The notes below the pieces were generated by a model. That model had not been told where the DNA came from, did not search any database, and worked only from the letters and a program-made list of their open reading frames with translations. Positions 1 through 11,765 of a stretch of 64,000 nt of DNA are shown in pieces. Source of the stretch: Octopus sinensis (Eukaryota). The DNA lies in NCBI RefSeq assembly GCF_006345805.1, contig NC_043001.1, positions 132,060,001-132,124,000 on the forward strand, in the 5' to 3' direction. A program made the position numbers and the translations under genes. Positions within the stretch are counted from its first letter, which is position 1, and every line of letters begins with the position of its first letter.

Positions 1-59
1 TCTGTGAATACTTTAATATCTGACGTGTGGCACATTGTTCATCTGTACAGGCTGTCGAT

Positions 60-405
60 TTGATGAAGAGAATGAGCATACATCAAAATACAGGTCCAGA
101 TACTGCAACAGCTTGGTCTTCAGAGGACCACAGCTCTTTAACATCCTCCCTAAATGCCTGAGAGACTTACATGGTGTGGATGTGGGTTTCTTTAAAACTA
201 AACTGGATCTCTTCTTGTCGGGAGTCCCAGATGAACCTACCTCACGACAGGAGACGCGGATGCGGGCAGCAGCATCGAACTCCCTTGTTGATCAAGTGCC
301 ACGTATCAGAGGTGGATTCACAAATTAGAGTAGCTCATTCAGCGGTGGTGCCCCAGCATGACCGCTGCCTTCGGGCTAAAACATTTTTAAGGATTTAAGG
401 ATTTA
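60..405 (+). mobile_element. 5'-truncated CR1/L2-superclade LINE 3' end (ORF2 C-terminus plus 3' UTR)
   Basis: ORF 35-328 reads NSLVFRGPQLFNILP...FKTKLDLFLSGVPDEP...RAAASNSL, typical of invertebrate CR1-like ORF2 ends; short UTR ends in tandem TTTAAGGA. Confidence 0.8.
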
Positions 406-516
406 TACATGAATCACAAACATTTCATCTCTATAAACAAATCAACTGTACAGGTTGTTCAGCAAGAAATTGCAGAACTATCTTTTTTAGATCAGGAGAC
501 TGTCATGAAACCTATA

Positions 517-681
517 GGCGCAGGAGTGGCTGTGTGGTAAGTAGCTTGCTTACGAACTACATGGTTCTGGGTTCAGTCCCACTGTGTGGCACCTTGGGCA
601 AGTGTCTTCTACTATAGCCTCGGGCCGACCAAAGCCTTGTGAGTGGATTTGGTAGACGGAAACTGAAAGAAGACTGTCGTA

Positions 682-728
<47 letters not shown>

Positions 729-946
729 ATGTTTGTGTGTCTGTGTTTGTCCCCCTAGCATTGCTTGACAACCGATGCTGGTGTGTTTATGTCTCCGCCA
801 CTTAGCGGTTCGGCAAAAGAGACCGATAGATTAAGTACTGGGCTTACAAAGTATAAGTCCCGGGGACGAGTTGCTCGATTAAAGGCGGTGCTCCAGCATG
901 GCCACAGTCAAATGACTGAAACAAGTAAAAAGAGAAAAAAAAAAAA
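517..946 (+). mobile_element. tRNA-derived SINE family A with internal (TA)n/(TG)n tract
   Basis: A-box-like TGGCTGTGTGG, B-box-like GGTTCAGTCCC, central microsatellite, tail GGCGGTGCTCCAGCATGGCC...GAAACAAGTAAAA; many copies in the window. Confidence 0.9.
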
Positions 947-1198
947 TTGCATATAAAATATATACATATAAACCATTAAGCTATCACTGGCAAAACTTCA
1001 AAGTCACTGTCGACAAAATTGTAATAGGTATAATGAGTTCTTTAATCAGTCAATATTTGATGTTTTGAAGTATTTGAAGGCATATGTTTTTAACATTATA
1101 TATAAATATAAATATGTAATATATATTAAACATATAAACATATATTCAGATAGATAGATATACATATGTATGTATTTATACATATATATAATAGAAAG

Positions 1199-1235
<37 letters not shown>

Positions 1236-1324
1236 TACATACGTACATACGTACATATACGTACATACATACATGCATGCATGCATATATGCATCAATCA
1301 AAAGTTGATAGTCTACTCTGAGTT

Positions 1325-1496
1325 TTGCCCCTGGCTGATCACGACTGTGCGAGAGAAAAAGTGACCTGCAGTACTTATAAAATTAGAGGGACATTAGATA
1401 CATCTGGATTGGTAGGGCTGTTAATTATAATTGTGATTCCTAATTTGAAATATTGGCTCCTTTTTCTTTTCCACAGTCATGATCAGCCAAGGGCAA
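1325..1496. repeat. ~42-bp imperfect inverted repeat pair (fold-back or MITE-like)
   Basis: 1325-1366 TTGCCCCTGGCTGATCACGACTGTG... is the near reverse complement of 1455-1496. Confidence 0.75.
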
Positions 1497-1751
1497 CTTA
1501 CAAAACAGACTGTTGTTTTTTAATAATAATAAAATATGTATCCACTCTATCCTACTCATTAAGTTCTGTATCAGATATGCATTTGCATTATGCAAAATAT
1601 ACATTTGTATGTATATTGTAACACTTAAATTATGATACACACATGCACACACACACACACACACTCACATATATCTGTGTATGTGTGTGTAGCTTGAGTA
1701 CAGAGTCAGTCATGTGTTATATCCAGATTAAACAAAATTCAAATTTAATAT

Positions 1752-1955
<204 letters not shown>

Positions 1956-2695
1956 GTTCCCTTTTGTCTCTTTCTCTTGTTAATCCATTGGAATTTAAAA
2001 GAAGAATTAGAAAAATAACACCTCTTGTATAGAAAATATATGATGATTGAGATTTTAATATTATAAAGAAATAGTAATTAAATTTATGCCAGTTTGTTTA
2101 CATCAAATTAATATTGTATGAGGTTATATTTCATGTTTTAAGCAGTATCTTTACAATATGAATAACTGTTTTGTATATTAATAAGGAAATAGGTAGATTG
2201 CAATAGGTAGATAAATTTAGAATACTGTCAAAAATATATTTATGAAACTATATATCAATAATGAAGTTCAAAAGTAATGTATATGAGTATCTTAAAATTT
2301 TGTTTTGCCTAAAGCCTAAAATGTTCTTTGAATTAGTTTTTAGTGTCAATTTTGTAATAAAACAGAAAAGAAATGAGTAGAGTTAACTTTCTAGTTTATA
2401 CTTGTGATATTCATCATATGTATTCATTAATTTTTGAAATATGATATTTAATAGAGATACATTGGCTACTTATGCAGTTTAGCCTCTCTTTTTTTTAATG
2501 TTTATGCTGTGTAGTATGAAAGTTTACGACTTCGAGACAATGCATAAGAAATAGAAAGTAGTTCAGTTCAATCCTAACCAAAAGACATGGAGATTAGCAA
2601 ACGATACTGTAGATGAAAAAAACAAAGGATTAGGATAATAATGTAATGAAATCTATGCTAACAATAATCCATTAACTCACATTAATAGCTTATCA

Positions 2696-2903
2696 TTAAC
2701 CCATTAGCATTCAGATTATTCTATCAAATATTATACTTATTTATTCCCATGTTTAATAATTAATCAGGCACATTGATATTTCAGTGATGTGATTGTTTAT
2801 ATTAAGAATGACATTGTAGGGTAGGTGAGAGAGGTCAGATTTGAACATAAAACAAGTGGAATATTTGGGCCAGTTATGGCCAGTTTAAATGCTAAAGGGT
2901 TAA
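2696..2903 (+). mobile_element. piggyBac-type MITE (TTAA target)
   Basis: TTAA-CCCATTAGCATT ... AATGCTAAAGGG-TTAA terminal inverted repeats; several related copies in the window. Confidence 0.8.
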
Positions 2904-3132
2904 TTTAACGGGGTGTCTGTAGCTCAGTGCTTATGTAAATGTGATATAACTGAACAAATTGGGCATTAGACTAACTATTCATAGCTCATGAGATCAGAAT
3001 CTTTTGCCAGCAGCTTATATTTCTGGCCAAAGTAATTTATGCTATGCCCAGCTAGTCAGTGCTGCAACACCTGGGGATTGGCACTACATCATTTATTGGT
3101 TTAGCAGATATAAATCTCTCATTTTTTTTTCC

Positions 3133-3358
3133 AACCCTTTAGCATTCAGATTACACTGTCAAGTTTAATACTAATTAATTTGCATTGCCTTGAATTAATC
3201 ATGCATTGTCTTGCAACTTTGATATTACAATGAAGTGATTGTATATTTTTAGAATGACATTGTAGGGTAGGTGTAAGAGGCCAGATGTTGACGGTTTGAA
3301 CATAAAAAAGATAGAATATTTGAGTTGGATATGGCTGGTTTAAATGCTAATGGATTAA
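3133..3358 (+). mobile_element. piggyBac-type MITE, second copy
   Basis: AACCCTTTAGCATTCAGATT ... TAAATGCTAATGGATTAA; same internal sequence as 2696-2903. Confidence 0.75.
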
Positions 3359-4204
3359 TGCCAAAAAAAAACAAAACAAAGACTAAATAACTGACACATA
3401 GAAACCCCTTGCATCCCAGAAGCATTTAAATTTTGCATTTTACTTCTGCTTGTAAGAAATTTTGCAAAGTTGGAAGAGTGTATGAGTGTGTGTGTGTGTG
3501 TGTGTATGAGAGAGAGAGAGAGAGAGAGAATATTCATTTTAATATATGACAAAATAATAACTTCACATTTTAAAAACTTTACATATATTCATTTGTTTTT
3601 ACTTAATTTTTCTATGCTGGCATGGATTTGCCAAAATACTTAGTATTGAAGCAATGTTTTACAGCTGAATACATTTTCTGTTGCTAGCCTTTATGTATTT
3701 TCATTTTTTTCTTTTTTTTCTGTTTTACTTGACTTAGAAACTAAAGAGAAAGCTAGAGAACGATTTCTTGATTTCTTGATAGGTAATTGTCAGCATAATA
3801 TCATTTTCTCTCAGCACTTTCATGCAAAGATGAAAAGTGTAAACATTGACACCCAACACCCACCCACCCACCCCACACACACACATGCATACATACAGGA
3901 TACATACCAACCAATCTGGAGCAAAGTGAGGTCGAAATTGAGATCTTGGGGAGAGAATGCAAATTCTTAATTTATATGCTACAAATGGTCACAATATCTA
4001 GGGCTACAAAAATCTGCAAGACCTTAAGATTTAAAGGATGATGGTTAAAACAAGATACTTTCCTTCTCGACCTTGCTACCAAGTAGGTGACCAGTCAAAA
4101 TTTACTCAAAATTAAAAAGAGAAAGAGAACATACATACACATATATACATATGTGTGTATTTATAAATTATTGCTATTAGTGATTGTAGTAGTAAATAGC
4201 AAAT

Positions 4205-4597
4205 TTGTGGAGGCGCAATGGCCTAGTGGTTAGGGCAGCGGACTCGCGGTCATAGGATCGCGGTTTCGATTCCCAGACCGGGCATTGTGAGTGTTTATTG
4301 AGCGAAAACACCCAAAAGTTCCACGAGGCTCCGGCAGGGGATGGTGGTGATCCCTGTTGTACTCTTTCACCACAACTTTCTCTCACTCTTACTTCCTGTT
4401 TCTGTTGTACCTGTATTTCAAAGGGCCAGCCTTGTCACTCTCTGTGTCACGCTGAATATCCCTGAGAACTATGTTAAGGGTACACGTGTCTGTGGAGTGC
4501 TCAGCCACTTACACGTTAATTTCACGAGCAGGCTGTCCCGTTGATTCGGATCAACCGGAACCCTCGTCGTCGTAACCGTCGGAGTGCTTCCCCATCC
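4205..4597 (+). mobile_element. tRNA-derived SINE family B (tail type 1)
   Basis: tRNA-like head TGGCCTAGTGG / GGTTTCGATTCCC; 11-bp TSD AAATAGCAAAT at 4194-4204 and 4598-4608. Confidence 0.9.
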
Positions 4598-5104
4598 AAA
4601 TAGCAAATCAGTTTTGAAGCAAATTTTGTTGTCTAAGGAGATAAATGAATTCATAAAGAATTTTGCAAACCAAATACAAAAACAAGGTTTTGAAGCAGAA
4701 AATCATAAAAATAATGAGATATAATTGAGCATTTGATGTTATAAGAAATTATAAACAGTCACCTGAGAATGGATTGAAATTAATCCACAGACAACAAACA
4801 ATGGTTTTACAAAAGAAAGTTACATAAAACTGCCAATCAATGTTATCTGCTCCTCATAAACATCTCTGAGTTTATTCACTTCTAAATTACTTAATAGTAT
4901 TGGTGACAAAATTTGAATTTGTTATGTAGATTGGTAATTGTCAACTGGTACATAAGCATCTAAAGTGATACCATCATTGAAAGGTAAATAATATTTTGAT
5001 ATTTAATAGAAAATAGAATATTACTACAATAAAATAGACAAATGAAAAAAAGCTTTTAAATGTCTTAAGGATTTTTTTTGGGGGGGGGGGTTCCTATTTC
5101 ATTA

Positions 5105-5285
5105 GGCACAGGCATAGCTGTGTGGTAAGAAATTTTCTTCCCAGCCACACGGTTCCAGGTTCAGTTCCACTGTATGACACCTTGGAAAAGTGTCTTCTAT
5201 TATAGCCCCATGCTGACCAAAGCTTTGGGAGTGGATTTGATAGATGGAAATCAAAAGAAGCCTCACACACACACACATATATGTT

Positions 5286-5340
<55 letters not shown>

Positions 5341-5570
5341 ATATATATACACACATGCATATCTTTGTTTTTGTTCCCCACCTCCACTGCTTGACAACTG
5401 GTGTTGGTTTGTTTAAATCCCTGTAAGTTAGCAATCCAGCAAAAGAGAGCAATAGAATAAGTGCCAGGCATAAAAATAATACTGGGGTCAATTCATTGAA
5501 CTAAACTTCTTCAACTAGTGCCCCCACATGGCCACAATGTAATGACTGGAAAAAGTAAAAGATGACAGAT
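5105..5570 (+). mobile_element. SINE family A, older diverged copy
   Basis: colinear with 517-946, including central microsatellite and tail. Confidence 0.85.
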
Positions 5571-5781
5571 AAAATACTTTCAGATTTACTACATTTGTTC
5601 TGGACAAATTGAAGAAGTATATATTTCTCTGATGCATTTCTGCTTCCATCATTCTTACCTCACTGATTACTATTTTTCTTAAGGGAAAAAATCATGGTTC
5701 TGAGGTTTTTAAAAAATTTTTATTGTGCATCCTGATATATTTTTTCCCACCGTCTTCTCTCTTTTTCAACTGGGGTAAACC

Positions 5782-6564
5782 TATTTCTTTATTACCCACA
5801 AGGGGCTAAACACAGAGGGGACAAGCAAGGACAGACAAACGGATTAAGTTGATTACAACGACCCCAGTGCGTAACTGGTACTTAATTTATCGACCCCGAA
5901 AGGATGAAAGGCAAAGTCGACCTCGGCAGAATTTGAACTCACAATGTAACGCAGACGAAATACCTATTTCTTTATTACCCACAAGGGGCTAAACACAGAG
6001 GGGACAAGCAAGGACAGACAAACGGATTAAGTTGATTACAACGACCCCAGTGCGTAACTGGTACTTAATTTATCGACCCCGAAAGGATGAAAGGCAAAGT
6101 CGACCTCGGCAGAATTTGAACTCACAATGTAACGCAGACGAAATACCTATTTCTTTATTACCCACAAGGGGCTAAACACAGAGGGGACCAGCAAGGACAG
6201 ACAAACGGATTAAGTCGATTACAACGACCTCAGTGCGAAACTGGTACTTAATTTATCGACCCCAAAAGGATGAAAGGCAAAGTCGACCTCGGCAGAATTT
6301 GAACTCACAATGTAACGCAGACGAAATACCTATTTCTTTATTACCCACAAGGGGCTAAACACAGAGGGGACAAGCAAGGACAGACAAACGGATTAAGTCG
6401 ATTACAACGACCCCAGTGCGTAACTGGTACTTAATTTATCGACCCCGAAAGGATGAAAGACAAAGTCGACCTCGGCGGAATTCGAACTCACAATGTAACG
6501 GCAGCCGAAATACCGCAAAGCATTTTGCCCGACGTGCTAACGATTCTGCCAGCTCGCCGCCTTT
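5782..6564 (-). mobile_element. SINE family D concatemer: one head plus four 183-bp units
   Basis: units start at 5782, 5965, 6148, 6331; tRNA-like head at the right end; 14-bp TSD AACTGGGGTAAACC at 5768-5781 and 6565-6578. Confidence 0.92.
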
Positions 6565-6721
6565 AACTGGGGTAAACCATATATCTCCTCTACAGCAAAA
6601 CACCAATTCTTATCCTTCTATCATGTTTCAACTTCTCACCTGCTATATAAAACCAACAACCTTAGTACTATACATCCTTCTGTTGATGGGTCTTGCCTTG
6701 AAAGTTATTTGGTAGTCCCAC

Positions 6722-6903
6722 TAGAACTGGCACCATGTAAAAAGCACCCAGTGCACTCAATGGCTATTGTTAGGAAGGGCATCCAGCAATAGGAACCCAT
6801 GCCAAAGCAGACACTGGGGCTTGGCACAGTCCTCTGGTTCACCAGATTCTCTTAAGCCATCCAACCAATGCCAGCATGGAAAATAGATGTTTGATGATGA
6901 TGT
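6722..6903 (+). mobile_element. RTE LINE 3' UTR remnant
   Basis: TTAGGAAGGGCATCCAGC...CCAATGCCAGCATGGAAAA then (GAT)n tail; the same UTR follows RTE ORF2 at 21860-22400. Confidence 0.75.
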
Positions 6904-7869
6904 GGTGATAAGTCTAGATCAAGAGTTTATATATAAAATATTCTCATCAAGTGCTATTATCTAAACAAACACTGATGATTTTGCATTTGTTTGAAATGCA
7001 TTTTTGACGATTCTTTGTAGCTACTTAGATAAACAATTGATTATGCATTATAGGAATGTATTATCTTGATAACTTATTGCTTCAATCATTCTATAGTTAT
7101 GGAGTTAACTTTAAAAAAAAATTATGTTAATAACATCTAGTATGCATATAATTGTAGTTTTGTTAATTAGTCACTAATTTCTTTATTTTAGTGATAAGAT
7201 TATTATGATGAACTTGAACAAAGACCATGCATAACCTGCATTCATTTAAGTAAATCATCCGTTTGAACGAAATCTGTGATTGTACAACTTATTTGGTTTT
7301 AGCCAAATACGATAATTTACTATAATTTGATAACTAAACATAGAACTAACAACAAGCCAGCAATCACATTATCAAGTCAAACTGAAATGTTTGAATTTTT
7401 TCTTCAAATTTCAAATTCACATTTCTATATTTGGTTCATTTCTCCTTGATAATTTTTACATTGAAAACCAAACACTCCTTAATGACAAGAGTAAAGATTA
7501 ATTGTTTTAAAACATTGAGCAAAGTCTTGAACTAAAACAGTCATTAATGTTTAAATGTAAAGATTCTGTCAGTATTGCCTCATAATTAAACTATTGATAT
7601 CAGATAGTGTGCAAACAAAGATTAACTGATTTCTTTTAAAATTACTATTTAAGGTATAGACCAATATGCAGTTTTAAAAAAATCATCTGTTATATTTTGG
7701 AGTCATTAATATTTAACAGTAAAGATCCTGTCAAGTTGGCCTCATAATTAAAGTAGTGACATCACATACTGTGCAATCAAAAAATTCACCAACTTCTTTA
7801 AGCCATGTGGTATAAATAATATACCATAAAAATCATAATTACTGATTTTCTCATTTGGAGACTGATAAT

Positions 7870-8790
7870 TTCGATGAGATATGAGTTAAAGGTTTTTACA
7901 AATACTGTTTATCATATTCCTCCAGGCCATAACAAAGGAATTTAAGACTGGCTGCCTCTGTGAGCTTCTCTACACTGATGACCTTGTTCTTATTGCTGAA
8001 TCACTACATGAACCAGAAAGGAAAATTCAAGTAAGGAAGCAAGGTGTGGAATCTAAGAACCTTAGAACTGAATTAACTAAGACCAAAGCCGCCCTAGTAT
8101 GTAAGAAAATGGACAAAACTCAAATCCCTTCAGGGAGGGAGATGGCACTGTTCAACATGCAGGAAAGGTGTTGGTAGAAACTCCATACCATATACTGAAT
8201 GCAAGGTAAAGACACATAAGAGGTGCAGCAGTATCATGGGAATGTTCACAAAAAGTAGTCTTTGTCTGTTGCAGATGTGCAGACACAATAAACACTAAGA
8301 ATATACAGAGAATAGACTTCAGGACAGCTACATAAAGAATTGCTGATCTCTAATTGTGAAGGGAACCTGCAGAAGGGGTGGATCTCAGAAGACATGAGAC
8401 AAAGTAATGAGAATAGGTCTTCAGACATTGAGCCTCATAGAGGAGATAACAAGGCACATCAAACTAACTAAAACTGTGGCCATCCATACATACAGGTAAA
8501 TTCCCTGCATCCTTCTCTCTCAGCCAAGAGATCCTTCCCTTGAGGGCTCACAGGTGCTGGAGCCACATAAAAACACCTGTGCCAGTGCCACACAAAAGCA
8601 CCTGTGTCAGTGTCACATAAAAACATCCATCTTGGTGTGACATAAAAGCACTCATGCCAGTGTCACATAAAAAGTGCCCAATACACTGTGTGAAGTGGTT
8701 GGCATTAGGAAGAGTATCCAGCTGTAGAAACCAAGCAAAGATATAGAATTGGATCCTGGCCAGCTCTTGCCTAAATGGCAATCTGGATAA
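7870..8790 (+). mobile_element. decayed RTE-clade LINE (RT domain, Cys-rich segment, 3' UTR)
   Basis: from ~7950 translates to GCLCELLYTDDLVLIAESLHEPERKIQVRKQGVESKNLR (YADD-type box), then a frameshifted CxxC-rich region; UTR with ~25-bp subrepeats at 8556-8680. Confidence 0.8.
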
Positions 8791-8964
8791 GCACATTAGA
8801 AATACGATATATAAGTGGAGTAGTAAAAATATGTAAAACATTCTCAAATTTAAAACGCGACATTATTTTTGTTATCTATACACCAACAATGGAGCTTTGT
8901 ATCTTTGTTAGAAAGCAGCTTCTTCTTCAGAGGAAGAATTCACATAATCAAAAACAGAGGAGAG

Positions 8965-8991
8965 CACACACACACACACACACATGCACAC

Positions 8992-9051
<60 letters not shown>
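8965..9051. repeat. (CA)n microsatellite
   Basis: direct reading. Confidence 0.95.
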
Positions 9052-9054
<3 letters not shown>

Positions 9055-10592
9055 CATATATATATGCACACACAATTATCCTTGGACTAGTATTGAACCA
9101 AGAAATATTACATTACAATACACAAGTACAGAATAGCACTGCTGAAGGCTGCATATTCTAATCAATTTTAATGTCATTTACACTAATTTTCTGAAGACCA
9201 AGTTCCATTTAAAATTTTTTTATCTTATATTTTATTTATTTACTTTTCTGGTCTAGTAGAAAGGGCTGTGTCCATAGCTTTTGTAGGTCCTTCAAGACAC
9301 CAGTGAAATCAATTCATTTAATGTTCCTCTTGAACATAATAGGCATTGAGCATTTTGGGTTTTCAGCACAATACACAGTATCATTTGATACTTTTCTAAA
9401 TTCTTACATGATTCTTTCACAATAAATTATACATTCTATAGTCGGCATCATTTCTGTTTTGGCACTAGACAGGTTCTACTAATCTTCGTTTAGTTCTCTC
9501 TCTCCTCTGATAAGGGTTATCTTCTATTTTTCTTCACTATTTTGAACATAAACAATCGTTCTGTTTGCGCACCCTTTCACAAATTAGGCAATAAATCAAT
9601 TCATCTAACCTTGACACTGGCTTGGTGAGGTACTCAAGTATTCTTGAACACCATGAAACAGTCCAGTATTTTTCGTATGAGTGGGCAACTCAGATTGAAA
9701 AAAGAACATTCATATTGTTTATATTTCATGAAATCAAAATGGTTTAAACATTTCAAACTTGTTCAACATCATAGAAAAGAAAGAATTACAGGGCCGACAC
9801 TATTTTGTTTTGTTATGAAGAGACAATAGGGACAAAAAATTAATTTTTTGTTATCAGTTTTTTTTTTTATTTTTGTGGAGAGCTGATATTGTCTGTTTGA
9901 GAACTGTTGACAGAATTTACAGGGTTTTTGTTTCATTTTTTTTTTTTTTTTTTGCATCTTCTCAAATAAGTTCTCAAAATGAGAAACAAAGTCCCAGTTG
10001 TGACAGGATTTCAAAGTGTGAACTCCGAAATGTTTGCATGCCTGATATTTTGATATTCTACACATACAAAGCTATATGAAAAGAATATACTGAACATGAA
10101 AAATGTAAATTTTTTTGAATCATATTGAAATGATTATTTTCTAAGAAAACCAGGCTTACTTTTGTTCAATATTTTATTTGAAAGCTACAAATTTGTGCAA
10201 ATTGTCATACGTTCATTTATTAAGCCTGTTTAAAAGATGAAGACTCATTTAAGACAGTTTTAAAATATCAACATGTATGCATGTAGGTATGTATTAGTGT
10301 GGTAAAATATTAGGCACAATTTGATCATGCCTTTTTGTTCTCTTGGTTTTGAAAACCTTAAAATTCAGACAGAAAATCATTTTGTCTATATTTCACTTCA
10401 AGTTCAGAACAATAGATATTGTTTACTTCACCTTCCCTTACACATAAAAGCATTAAGTCACCCACAGCTAGTTATATATAAAGCAGGGAGCTAATACTTT
10501 TCTCAATATGGCAGACCATGTTGCACTCACATAGACATCATGACAACTAAACATACACATACAAATAAAAGCAATTTCATCGCCTTATTTCC

Positions 10593-10873
10593 TTATTCAA
10601 ACATGTGTGAGTTTTTTTTCTTCTTTGACTTCCGACCATGGGACTGATTAATGTTGAGAGCTTCTAGTCTTAATGGTTTTCGTATTGTAGTATCAGCAGC
10701 AGTGTCACTGTTTGTTGATAGGGAACCACATATTGGTGAAGATTTATGAGTAGGTTCGAGTTGGACTTCAGAGCTTGTGAAAGAGCTTCCTTGCACTAAT
10801 GGTACAGAATGCTGGTGTGGCATATTCATAAAGTTCGCAGAAGAGGAGAAACTTTCTTTGATTTGACTAACAC
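10593..10873 (-). CDS. probable terminal coding exon of an unidentified minus-strand host gene (~92 aa, Ser/Thr-rich, basic KSKKKK tail)
   Basis: strong acceptor tgttttcttttctttag|GT at 10874-10875; phase-1 frame open to TAA (VSQIKESFSSSANFMNMPHQHSVPLVQGSSF...RKSKKKKNSHMFE*); unique sequence; UTR-like AT-rich sequence downstream. Confidence 0.55.
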
Positions 10874-10989
10874 CTAAAGAAAAGAAAACATATTTAGTTA
10901 ATGTTTAAACAAATAATTTTATTATTAATAATGAGTTGTTGAAGAGGTCACAAGATGTGTGATGAAAGATTTTAGACAAGGGACACTAA

Positions 10990-11059
<70 letters not shown>

Positions 11060-11060
11060 T
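10990..11060. repeat. (TAA)n microsatellite, target of the Dong-like LINE
   Basis: direct reading. Confidence 0.95.
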
Positions 11061-11740
11061 ATATTCACTGGGTAATTTGCAAAAACCTGGATTTGCCCCA
11101 TGAAAAAAACTGGTGGGAACACAATCCACCTCCAGTGCTTGAAAATGACCACATCTCACTCCTCTGGAACTTCACCATTCAAACTGACAGGAAGATAGAT
11201 GCAAATAGGCCAGACATCATATTGAAAGACTTCAGACAAAGAACATGCCTCCTCATTGATATGACTGTCCCAATCGATATAAACGTATCTGTCAAGACCT
11301 ACCAAAAACTGAGCAAATATAAAGATCTTGAAATAGAAATCAGCAAAATGTGGAAGCTGAAGACTAAAACAATACCTGTTGTCATAGGTGCCCTGGGAAT
11401 GATAGCAAAAGGGACTGATTGCTACCTAACTCAGATACCAGGAAACCCCACAATGGCAGAAATTCAAAAGATAGTGCTCATGGGAACTGCTCATATCCTA
11501 CGCAAAATACTCTCTATGTAATCCCAAGGTTTAAAACAAACTTTTTTTTATTTTTATTTTAACTTTTTATTTATTTATTTATTTATTTATTTTTTTTATG
11601 TATTAGACATTCACTAGTACAACACCAAAAAAAAAAAAAACCCAAATATATGGCACAGAACTTCCAACCTGTTGTCTCTTGAGGTCTCTGGGTGAGACTT
11701 GGAGCCAACTTGTACAGATATAAAGCAAAAGTCAAACAGA
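11061..11740 (+). mobile_element. 5'-truncated R4/Dong-clade LINE (restriction-like endonuclease domain plus 3' UTR)
   Basis: ORF 11093-11521 has LLWNFTIQTDRKIDANRPDII...LIDMTVP...KLSKYKDL...IPVVIGALG (RLE motifs); (TAA)n on both sides. Confidence 0.9.
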
Positions 11741-11765
11741 ATAATAATAATAATAATAATAATAA

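Noticed and set aside
4209-4285. tRNA-like sequences here and at 28532, 55670-55744 and the SINE-A/D heads
   Set aside because: They continue into SINE bodies with TSDs and lack a proper cloverleaf; not tRNA genes.
5782-6564. CRISPR-like or satellite interpretation of the 183-bp arrays
   Set aside because: No unique spacers, no cas genes, eukaryotic context; the units are SINE bodies.
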